Assembly (NCBI GenBank): GCA_964016885.1
Contig: OZ024744.1
Coordinates: 106,950,001-107,014,000, forward strand
Reading direction: 5' to 3'
Length of the DNA stretch: 64,000 bases
Source of the DNA: Eledone cirrhosa
Lineage: Eukaryota
Both the position numbers and the translations under genes were made by a program. Shown here one piece after another: positions 51,228 through 62,571 of the stretch (the stretch's first letter is position 1; each line of letters begins with the position of its first letter). Under the pieces are notes generated by a model. That model saw nothing but the letters and a program-made list of their open reading frames with translations. It searched no databases and was not told where the DNA came from.

Positions 51228-51339
51228 CTGATCTCATATTTGTCATAGTTGGAGGAAAATCTAATAATGTAGGATTATGGGTTGTAACACCAACTTCTAT
51301 GGAACCAGACCATTTATCTACAAGTTCATCAAGTCGAAT
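51228..51339 (-). CDS. NEURL4: NEURL4 exon (NHR2)
   Basis: catag|ATT...TCA G|gtgagt; 112 nt; [37 protein letters not shown](G); phase 0 to 1. Not called by the ORF track. Confidence 0.95.
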
Positions 51340-51492
51340 CTATGGAGGAGATATAGAATATACAAAAATTTATGTAACATGATATATATATATATATATA
51401 TATAACAAATATTTAAAAATTGATGTTAACATGATATATATATATATAACAAATATATATAAAATTCTGTTAACATGATATATATATATATA

Positions 51493-53857
51493 TCATCATC
51501 ATCAACGTTTAATGTCCGTGTTCCACGCTTGCATGGGTTTGGACGGGAGTTTTCCCACTTGAGGCAAGAGTGATTGTCTTGCTCGCATAGGACTATCTGG
51601 CGGGTTTTCTACAGCTGGATGCCCTTCCTAACACCAACCACATTTACAGTGTGGGGCTGGGAGGTTTTTACCGTGTTGCCTACATGGCCACATTACAGCG
51701 TGGACTGTCTGGCGGGTTTTCTACAGCTGGATGCCCTTCCTAACACCAACCACATTTACAGTGTGGGGCTGGGAGGTTTTTACCGTGTTGCCTACATGGC
51801 CACATTACAGCGTGGACTGTCTGGCGGGTTTTCTACAGCTGGATGCCCTTCCTAACACCAACCACATTTACAGTGTGGGGCTGGGAGGTTTTTACCGTGT
51901 TGCCTACATGGCCACATTACAGCGTGGACTGTCTGGCGGGTTTTCTACAGTTGGATGCCCTTCCTAACACCAACCACATTTATAGTGTGGGGCTGGGAGG
52001 TTTTTACCGTGTTGCCTACACGGCCACATTACAGCGTGGACTGTGTCTACACGATCTCATTTGTTTCGGCCTGGATGTTGTGGCACCAACATAACTTTAC
52101 ATTGAAGGGGCGGTGTGGATGGGGTGTGTACAGCGTGGACTGTCTGGCGGGTTTTCTACAGCTGGATGCCCTTCCTAACACCAACCACATTTACAGTGTG
52201 GGGCTGGGAGGTTTTTACCGTGTTGCCTACATGGCCACATTACAGCGTGGACTGTGTCTACACGATCTCATTTGTTTCGGCCTGGATGTTGTGGCACCAA
52301 CATAACTTTACATTGAAGGGGCGGTGTGGATGGGGTGTGTGTGTGTGTGTGGGGGGGGGGGTTATTTTGTTAGAGATGCCTACTGGCTGTAGTAGGTTTT
52401 ACTTTGTATTTAGGCAAGGCGGGTTTTCTCTATTACTGACCGCCAAAGGTCTCGGTCCCGTGACATTGTCTTGGAGAGGTGTAAGTGTGTGAGGTCAGAA
52501 TTTATCAGCTCGTCCCAGGTTTTTCTGGGTCTGCCTACTCCGTAGCTGCTGTCTATCTTTATTGCCCTGCACTTTGTTATACAGTTGTTGTCTTTCATGC
52601 ACATCACGTGACCATACCAACGTAGCCTTCTCTCGAGTAAACAACATCTGATCCCTCTTATTTCTAATTTTTTCCTTAGTTCGCTTATGCTTTGCCGTTC
52701 ACGTATGTTACTATTACACATCCAGCGGAGCATGCAAGCTTCGTTCCTCTCTAGTCTACGTATATCCTCTGCACACAATGCCCAGGTCTCACTGCCATGC
52801 AACATTGCTGTTCGTATGCAGGCATCATACAACCTGCCTTTCATTCTTAGGGAGAACCCTTTAGTGGCTAATAGTGGTATAAGCTCTCTGAACTTTTTCC
52901 AACCAGTTCTGACTCTAGCTACTGTACTTTTAGAGTACCCTCCCCCACTGCTGATTTTGTCGCCCAGGTAACGGAAGCTGTCCACTATTTCTATAGAACC
53001 CTCTGCGCAATTGAAAGAGCTAGTATTTTGTGGGGACTTGCTGCTACTTATTGCACCAGAGCACCGGCCACATGTAAAATCTATGTTCTTAGTTAGCTTA
53101 CCTGTGATCCCACTACATCTTTTATGCACCCATACTTTGCATTTGGGACATAAAATGGAGTTTCTACCTACGCCTTTCCTACACACTGAGCATAGCCATT
53201 TCCTGGAAGGGACCGGCACCTTATTTTCTTTCCTACAAACTAGAACTTTAGTCTTATAGTCTTAGCCAGGTTAATTTTAAGGCCTTTTGATTCTAGGCCA
53301 TGCTTCCAAGTTTGGAATTTCTTCTCTAGCTCGGCCATTGATTCAGCTATGAGCGTTAGATCATCTGCATATAGGAGTTCCATGGGCAGCCGGTCTTGAA
53401 CTCCTCTGTTATAGCCTGAAGGGCAATAATAAATAGGAGGGGGCTAAGAACAGAGCCCTGATGGACACCAACTTTTACGCTAAACTCTTCACTATATTCG
53501 TTGTTAATTCTAACCTTGCTGACTGTTTCTTTATACATGGCTTGTATAGCTCTCACAAGCCATTCGTCAACACCTAGTTTTCTAAGAGCCCACCAGATAA
53601 TGGAACGGGGGACTCTGTCGAAGGCTTTCTCCAAGTCAACAAAAGCTAAGTATAGGGGTTTACTTTTAGCTAGGTACTTCTCCTGTAGTTGTCGTACAAT
53701 GAAAAGAGCGTCTGTGGTACTTTTGCCTGACACAAACCCGAACTGCATTTCATCTAGATCAATTGTCTCTCTGATTAGTTGCGCTATTACTTTTTCCGTG
53801 ACCTTCATGACCTGGTCGATTAATTTAATGCCTCTATAGTTACACCTATCTAGGGTA

Positions 53858-53860
<3 letters not shown>
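51493..53860 (-). mobile_element. Young 5'-truncated RTE LINE: RT with PHD insert, expanded 3' UTR
   Basis: NYRGIKL..QFGFVSGKSTTD..FVDLEKAFDRV..GVHQGSVLSPLLF..(frameshift)YADD..KTKVL..PHD..FRYLG..HGSETW..GRPRKTW. Two frameshifts; flanked by (TA)n. Confidence 0.95.
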
Positions 53861-53924
<64 letters not shown>

Positions 53925-54050
53925 TCAGTAATTAGGTGTATTCCAAAGCTTGGTAGAACAAGTTGTGAGGAAAGTTCTCAACATACGTTAAGGTGACTCG
54001 ACAGGTTGGTAGGGATTCTGTGGTGGAAACACGAACAAACGAGGAGTGTA

Positions 54051-54397
54051 ATCAAAGAAGAGAAATAGGACGAAGGTAAACAGTTACAAAAGAATTTAAT
54101 CCACGTATTAACAATTGTTTCATCAGAATTTCAGTCCATTATTGCTACACTATGTGATAATAGGCAATCAAGAAAGATACTGTGACATCCGAATTTTCAA
54201 AATACAAAGTTGGAATGAGCAAAGTTGGAATGTCATTCCAACTTTGTATTTTGAAAATTCAGATGTCACAGTATCTTTCTTGATTGCCTATTATCACATA
54301 GTGTAGCAATAATGGACTGAAATTCTGATGAAACAATTGTTAATACGTGGATTAAATCCTTTGTAACTGTTTACCTTCGTCCTATTTCTCTTTTTTG

Positions 54398-54399
<2 letters not shown>
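54051..54399. repeat. Fold-back palindrome, ~168-bp arms, 14-nt spacer
   Basis: Arms nearly perfect; the spacer gcaaagttggaatg duplicates the inner end of the left arm. Confidence 0.92.
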
Positions 54400-54429
<30 letters not shown>

Positions 54430-54430
54430 T

Positions 54431-54649
54431 TTATGTAATAAACAACATAAGGTAATTATTTCATTTACCAGTGGTCTCTTGAAAGCAAACATATTTTGCT
54501 TTCAATCATCAGAATGAAAACATCCTGGCGTATTTATTGACAATAAATACACCAGGATGTTTTTATTCTGATGATTGAAAGCAAAATATGTTTGCTTTCA
54601 AGAGACCACTGGTAAATGAAATAATTACCTTATGTTGTTTATTACATAA
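54431..54649. repeat. Palindrome, 109-bp arms centred at 54540, each arm with a hammerhead-like motif
   Basis: Right arm: ttttatt CTGATGA ttgaaagcaaa..tttgctttcaa GAGAC cactg GTA aatgaaa (54561-54621); mirror copy on the minus strand at 54459-54519. Confidence 0.9.
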
Positions 54650-55812
54650 CTATTAAGCTCTGTAACCTACATAGAGCACTCTTTTTTCCTGGACCTTTCT
54701 GACGGAATTACTTCATTCACGCATATATAATATATATATAACAAATATATACAAATTGATGTTAACATGATATATATATACAAATTGATGTTAACATAGG
54801 TTAACATTGTTTTATACCATCATAACAAAATCAAAATAAGATAAATAGAACTAGTTTTGGAAATGTCACCCCAACTCAGGGACCCGCTCCTTAAGGCTAG
54901 CTGGTCTCATGCCACCCCAACTCAGGGACCCCCTCCTTAAGGCTAGTTGATCTCATGCCACCTTTCCACTCAGGGACACCCTCCTCACAGCTAGCTGGTC
55001 TCATGCCACCCCTCTACTCATCTCTCAATATATGACAGGGTGTAGAAAACAGAGTTGTCCCCAGCAATACTTCCAACCACAATGTAAAATGGCTGTAATA
55101 TGATTCTGCCAATCCACTGACCTGATGTATAAAAATCAATGGTAAAATGGGGGTGGGGGTCGGCTTATATACGCCATGTAAACAATGTGTTGATTACCTG
55201 TCTTGGCTTATAAATAGGGCTTAGATTTTTTACCATTTCTCAGACATACAATAGGGGTCAGCTTATAGTTAAGTTTATATTTCATTTCATTTCATTTCAT
55301 TTGAGTTCATGCTCAGGCCAAGTCGAAGACTCCACCCTCAGAGTCTGGTGTGGTTGCCAGGTTGGATTCTCTGTTTAATTTTGACATGTGCAGGAGCGAG
55401 TTTGAGTCAGTTTGTGCTCGTTGTGTATATCCTGGGAGATGGGGTTCATCTCTAATGGTGCTTAAGTATCTATCCAGTATATGGTAAGGTCTTCTAAAAT
55501 TATTTTTTCCTTTTAAATTTTGAAATTTGACCCTTAATAAACATATATATATAGTTTTAACCTTTGTTCCTAAGCAATTAGTAAATTAATATTGAATGTT
55601 AGTTTCACTTTGGAATTATTTAATTATTTGAATTATTATAGTTAGATAGATTAAGAACTTCTTATTTAAAAAAAAAGATTTTTCATTTTTATTTTTATCA
55701 TGGGACTAAAGGTGAGGATGGGGGGGGGGGGGGGGGGGTATAGGGACGTGTGTATATTATTAAATATTATTTAACAGTATTTAATAATATTTAATATTAT
55801 TTAATAATATTT

Positions 55813-56129
55813 TGGCCTTGCAATCGAAAGGTTGCGAGTTCAATTCTCAGACCGGGTGATGTGTTGTTTCCTTGAGCAAGACACTTTATTTCACATTGCT
55901 CCAGTTTACTCAGCTGTAGAAATGAGATGATAGGGACTGGGGTCCCTATCATTCCACTGCAAAGTGGTCGTGGAGGTGCCATGGAAAAAAAGCACCCAGC
56001 ACTCACTGTAAATGAGGTTGGTGTTAGGAAGGGCATCCAGCTGTAGAAATCAAGCCAGCATCAGTTACCGTCCCACCCTTGCAAGCAGGGAAAAAGCGGA
56101 CGTAAAATGAAATGATGATGATGATGATG
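55813..56129 (+). mobile_element. SINE family A, slightly 5' truncated
   Basis: B box, central domain, tail. Confidence 0.9.
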
Positions 56130-56335
56130 AATTATTAAATATTATTTAATAGTTATAACATATTTAATCATATTTAATATCATTAAATAATATCTAATAA
56201 TTATTAAATAATATTTAATATTATTTTATGATATTTAATAATATTTTATATTATTTAATAATATTTAATATTATCTAATAGTACTTAATATTATTTAATA
56301 ATATTTAATATTATTTTATAATATTTAATATTATC

Positions 56336-56722
56336 TAATAATTGTTTCTACTTTTGGCACAAGGCCAGCAATAACCCAGTACATTACCGGTACTTTATTT
56401 TATCGGCCCCGTAAGGATGAAAGGCAAAGTTAAACTCGGCGGGATTTGAACTCAGATCGTAAAGGGACGTAACTCTTTGCGTCAAAGCATGGCGTCCGAC
56501 CCTCTATTGATACTGCCAATCCACCGCTATATTATCTAATAATTGTTTCTACTTTTGGCACAAGGCCAGCAATTATCCCAGTGTATTACTGGTACTTTAT
56601 TTTATCGACCCTGTAAGGATCGATAACCTAGGCGGGATTTGAACTCATAATGGCAAGGGCCGTAACTCTATGCATCAAAGCATGGCGTCCAACCCTCTAC
56701 CGATACTGTCAATTCACCGCCC
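56336..56722 (-). mobile_element. Two tandem copies of SINE family B
   Basis: Same head-to-tail dimer arrangement as 7565-7995. Confidence 0.85.
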
Positions 56723-57173
56723 TCTATTATCTAATAATATTTGATAATTATTAAATATTATTTAATAATTATTAAATAATATTTCATGTTCTTTAATTCT
56801 ATTATTTATATTGTTAACTTTCTTTAGTGTACATTTTAATATAGGATACTAATAAAAGATTTAAGATAAACTATATTGTATAAAACTTTACTATCATATT
56901 TAAGAAATATATATATTATGATTTTTAGAGGTTTATCTTACTTCCATTATTCACCCTATTGACATTATAAGTCCCCTTATTTAAACCACTGAATATATAG
57001 CTTATAATATATGTTCACTATTAATATCTACACTCTCATTTAGCAATACCTTTGTGAAATTAATAGTGAATCAGGTATCATCATACCTTAATTTCCTTTC
57101 ATATCTTCGAAATGTTTCCAACATTCCATTCTCTCAGTATACTCAAAATAAGAAAGTTTCCTAATTTATATCT

Positions 57174-57473
57174 AATCCACACCGCCCCTTCAATGTAAAG
57201 TTATGTTGGTGCCACAACATCCAGGCCGAAACAAATGAGATCGTGTAGACACAGTCCACGCTGTAATGTGGTCGTGTAGGCAACACGGTAAAAACTTCCC
57301 AGCCCCACACTGTAAATGTGGTTGGTGTTAGGAAGGGCATCCAGCTGTAGAAAACCCGCCAGATAGTCCTATGCGAGCAAGACAAACACTCTTGCCTCAA
57401 GTGGGAAAACCCCCGTCCAAACCCATGCAAGCATGGAACACGGACGTTAAACGTTGATGATGATGATGATGAT
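57174..57473 (+). mobile_element. RTE 3' UTR fragment with one 112-bp module
   Basis: Matches the 3' UTRs at 47570-48007 and 51493-52330. Confidence 0.9.
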
Positions 57474-57704
57474 TTATTCTAATACTTCAATAACAATTGG
57501 ATTAATAGAGAATCTGATTTAATTCTTTCATAAATAGATTGTCCTTATTAAAGTACAACTTTCTATAAAAATTGTTTTATCAACAGTACTTTGGTGACTT
57601 CTGCAATTACTGGTTGTATTCCAGGTAGTATTTACAAATATTGTGTTTTTATAGTCTCTATTATTAATAGCACTTGTTATTTCTGTTTTACCTCTACACT
57701 TATA

Positions 57705-58045
57705 TCATCATCATCATCATCATCATCATTTTACGTCCGCTTTTCCCTGCTTGCAAGGGTGGGACGGGAACTGATTCTGGCCTTCATTTCTACAGCTGGA
57801 TGCCCTTCCTAACACCAACCTCATTTACAGTGAGTGCTGGGTGCTTTTTTGCCGTGGCACCTCCACGACCACTTTGCAGTGGAATGATATGGACCCCAGT
57901 CCCTATCATCTCATTTCTACAGCTGAGTAAACTGGAGCAATGTGAAATAAAGTCTCTTGCTCAAGGAAACAACACATCACCCGGTCCGAGAATAGAACTC
58001 ACAACCTTTCGATTGCAAGACCAATGCTCTAACCACTAAGCCACG
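57705..58045 (-). mobile_element. SINE family A
   Basis: Reverse copy from A box to (TGA)n tail. Confidence 0.9.
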
Positions 58046-58777
58046 TTATATAATTTCTAATATTATTATCTACTTATTATCTCTTAATTCATTAATATTA
58101 CTATTATGTTGAAAGAGTTTGGCTGTTAATTGTAGCTGTCAATAACTCTTTTCATGTCATGGGCTTGGCGGCATGGCGATATGTATTTTTTTTTAAATAC
58201 ATGTGCTTATGCACCATTACTCCAAGATTGGTTAGTAGTGTGTAATCCTAGATCGTTAAATCTTTTCCTTTTCCAATGATCCAAGATTTGACATCTATGA
58301 TTGACCGATTAATGGTGAAATATATTTCTTCAATGGAATACATACAAAGGAGATTAATCTTTATTGCAAGGTTTCTATATTTTAGATTCTTGTTAATTTT
58401 TAATATGTTACCGCGGTAACTATGCATGTTTACACTCTTCACAAATTATCCCATGTAACCATCAGATGTGTTTACTTTACATACATACGTTATCTTACTT
58501 TTTTAATTTAATATAATTGCTCGGATTCACTACCTGGAATTTTAGAGCTTATTTCCACAGGTGATACGGCGCATGATTCTGATATTCTCAGACATGACAT
58601 CCTTAATTTAATCTAATTTGATATACCTATGTATATATATATATGAATATAGCCACTAATACTAACTACAATACATTAGATAATGTAGTCCTAGATACAC
58701 TATGTCTGAATAAAAAAAGGGGTCGTCACAGATCAAAGGTCAGCTAGATCAGAACTGACCTGGGGTTAAACATCAAC

Positions 58778-59292
58778 AATAATGATTTCTTTATTAACCA
58801 CAAGGGTTTACATAAAGTAGACATTAAGGACAGTGCAGGACAATACAGGACGGTACAAATGGGTATTACTGCGTGTAAAAAACAAAAACAGAGGATGTAA
58901 CAAAAAATAACAATGAAAAATTCCCCAATAGGGGGGAGACTTCGGAGGGACATTTGTGGAGAAAGCCCAGTAAAAGGCCACAATGACCCTGACCACCAAG
59001 GCAAGTGCCCTCTCCCAGTTTTCCACCTTTAATTTACAGATATATACTCAGAGTAGGCCCATTCACTCGGGCCATTCTTGCTTCTCTCACCCATCTTTCA
59101 ACAAAATGCTGGGAAGAGAGCACTTCCCTCTCTACTCTGATTTTCCTTTTCAAATGAAATTTGAAAAAATCAATCAGAGCATCACCGAAGAGGTAAGTGG
59201 TCGTCTTCAGCCCTTTCAAACGTGTCCACCATACTATCTCTTTCGCCATGGCCACCAGACAGATAAAAACTGCCTGCCCTTCCCGGCTAAAG
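58778..59292 (-). mobile_element. Probable L1/Tx1-clade LINE 3' fragment
   Basis: Minus ORF ..LVAMAKEIVWWTR..FVERW resembles a Tx1 ORF2 C-terminus; T-rich 3' UTR; sits between (AAT/AAC)n tracts. Confidence 0.55.
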
Positions 59293-59388
59293 GATAATAA
59301 TAATAACAATAACAACAATAACAACAACACTGCTGGCTTCTTCAAAATACAAAATTCCAAATTCCTAAACAAACTCCAAAAGGGTTAC

Positions 59389-59921
59389 CTCAAATATCTC
59401 ATCATCCTTGATCGGTCTGTTAGTCATTACGACACCATTGTTAAACTCATCTAAGGGTCTCGTTCGTTCTGCCGTCCGTCTGCCATTGGTCAGTTTCACC
59501 AAACCACCGCATTTTTCGTGGAACACCAGTCTCTCATTGGAACGTAAAGATTGAGCGTCTCCGCCGCCGCCACCACCTCCTCCGCCGCCACCACCGCTGC
59601 CAACATTGTTGTTTCCACCATTGACAGCAGCAGCAGCAGCAGCAGCAGCACCTACTACACTGTTGCCACAGTTGCCACCACCACCACCAACACCATTGCT
59701 TACTCCTCCTCCTCCTCCTCCTCCCAAAAGAGTCACAGACACAGGAACATTGTTTGGTGTGGCGGCACCGTTGGCGTTGTCGTTGAGTGCAACGTTGAAG
59801 TTTGGCTCCATAACCCCTGCCGAACTATTGCCACTGGCTTGACTTAAATTACTGGACACTTGATTGGATAAATCAGCCATATATTCGTTGTCAATTTCAT
59901 TGACGATGTTGCTGTTGAAGA
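59389..59921 (-). CDS. NEURL4: NEURL4 exon: Gly/Ala/Asn-rich linker and start of NHR2
   Basis: Encodes ...[50 protein letters not shown], matching the NEURL4 NHR2 N-terminus. Donor GAG|gtaacc at 59389/59388, phase 0. The acceptor is uncertain (candidate exon tops 59911, 59921, 59972). Confidence 0.9.
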
Positions 59922-60019
59922 CTGCTCGATGGTCACCACGCACATATGAAAGAGAGAACAGAAGAAATGGTGCTGTTGAAAGCTGGGTGATGGTCATTAC
60001 ACATATATATAGTCAAACA

Positions 60020-61030
60020 TATGGTCACTACATCTGGTTACTATATCTGGTCACTAAATCTGATCACTACATGAGGTCCCTACATGTCATGTGAGCACTA
60101 CATGGGGTCACCACATCTGATCACTGCATAATGTCACTAATCTGGCCACTACACATGATCACTACATCTTGGTCACTACATGTGGTCATCACATCTGATC
60201 ACAATACCAGATTACTACATCTGGTCACTACATGAGGTCACTACATCTGGCCACTACACATGATCACTACACCTGGTCACTACATGTGTTCACTACATGT
60301 GGTCACCACATCTGATCACAACACGAGATTACTACCTCCAGTCACTACATCTGGTCACTACATGTGTTCACTACATCTGGTTACTACATCTGATCACAAC
60401 ACAAGATTACTACATCTGATCCCTACCTCCAGTCACTACATGAGGTCACTACATGTGGTCACCACATCTGATCACAATACCAGATTACTACATCTGATCA
60501 CTACCTCCAGTCACTACATGAGGTCACTACATCTGACCACTACACATGATCACTACATCTGGTCACTACATGTGGTCACCACATCTGATCACAATACCAG
60601 ATTACTACATCTGGTCACTACATCTGGCCACTACACATGATCACTACACCTGGTCACTACATGTGGTCACCACATCTGATCACAACACGAGATTACTACA
60701 TCTGATCACAACACGAGATTACTACATCTGATCACTACCTCCAGTCACTACATCTGGTCACTACATGTGTTCACTACATCTGGTTACTACATCTGATCAC
60801 AACACAAGATTACTACATCTGATCCCTACCTCCAGTCACTACATCTGGCCACTACACATGATCACAATACCAGATTACTACATCTGATCACTACCTCCAG
60901 TCACTACATGAGGTCACTACATCTGGCCACTACACATGATCCCTACCTCCAGTCACTACATGAGGTCACTACATCTGGCCTCTACATGAGGTCACGTATG
61001 AAGTCACTACATCTGGTCACTACATGTGAA
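60020..61030. repeat. Cryptic minisatellite built on cactacatctggt
   Basis: Direct inspection. Confidence 0.9.
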
Positions 61031-61086
61031 CAGAGGAAATGAAAGAGAAAAAAATTCTTATTAAGTTGAATTAAATATAACGAACA

Positions 61087-62480
61087 ATGTAGAGAATATT
61101 GTAGTGGACAGTGTAGAGAACAATGTAGTGGACAGTGTGGTGGACATTGTAGTGGACAGTGTAGAGAGCATTGTAGTGGGCAGTGTAGAGAACATTGCAA
61201 TGAACAGTATGGAGGACATCGTAGTGGACAGTGTAGAGAACATTGTAGTGGGCAGTGTAGGGAAGAGTGTAGTAGACAGCATAGTGGACGGTGTAGAGAA
61301 GATTGTAGTGGGCAGTGTAGAGAACATTGTAGTGGGCAGTGTAGGGAAGAGTGTAGTAGACAGCATAGTGGACGGTGTAGAGAACATTGTAGTGGGCAGT
61401 GTAGAGAACATTGTAGTGGGCAGTGTGAAGCGGGTAGTGGGCAGTGTAGGGAAGAGTGTAGTGGGCAGCATAGTGGACGGTGTAGAGAACCTTGTAGTGG
61501 ACAGTGTAGAGAACATTGTAGTGGGCAGTGTGATGGACATTGTAGTGGTCAGTGTAGATAACCTTGTAGAGGACAATGTAGAGAAGAGTGTGGTGGGCTG
61601 TGTAGAGGCCATTGTAGTGGGCAGTGTAGAGATCATTGTAGAGGACAGTGTAGAGAACATTGTAGAGGGCAGTGTAGAGGACATTGTGGTGGGCAGTGTA
61701 GAAAACATTGTAGAAGATGGTGTAGGGAACGTTGCAGTGGGCAGTGTAGAGAAGATTATAGTGGGCAGTGTAGAGAAGATTATAGTGGGCAGTGTAGAGA
61801 ACATTGTAGTGGGCAGTGTGATGGACATTGTAGTGGTCAGTGTAGATAACCTTGTAGAGAAGACTGTAGTGGGCGGTGTAGAGGCCATTGTAGTGGGCAG
61901 TGTAGAGATCATTGTAGAGGACAGTGTAGAGAACATTGTAGAGGACATTGTAGTGGGCAGTGTAGAAAACATTGTAGAAGATGGTGTAGGGAACGTTGCA
62001 GTGGGCAGTGTAGAGAAGATTATAGTGGGCAGTGTAGAGAAGATTATAGTGGGCAGTGTAGAGAACATTGTAGTGGGCAGTGTAGAGAACGGTGTAGTGG
62101 GCATTGTGGTGGGCAGTGTAGAGAACATTGTAGTGGTAGTGAAGAGAGCATTGTGGAGGACAGTGTAGAGGATGATGTAGTGGGCAGTGTAGAGACCCCT
62201 GTAGTGGACATTGTAGAGATTGTTGTAGTGGACAGTGTAGAGAACGTTGTAGTGGACAGTTAAGAGAACATTGTAGTGGGTAGTGTAGGGAACATTGTGG
62301 TGGCCACTGTAGAGGGCATTGTGGTGGCCACTGTAGAGGGCATTGTAGTGGGCAGTGTAGAGAACATTGTACTGGACAGTGTAGTGGGCAATGTAGAGAG
62401 GAGTGTAGTTGACAGTGTAGAGAACATTGTAGTGGACAGTGTAGAAAACGTTCTAGTGGGAAGTGTAGAGAAGAGTGTGG
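61087..62480. repeat. Cryptic minisatellite built on gtagtgggcagtgtagagaacatt
   Basis: Direct inspection; yields open frames on both strands. Confidence 0.9.
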
Positions 62481-62571
62481 CGGGCATTAAATGTTCCACC
62501 ATCTGACTTTTCTCGTTGTATAAAAAATATATAAGTATAAATACAAAGCCATAGACATGGCTGTGTGGTAG

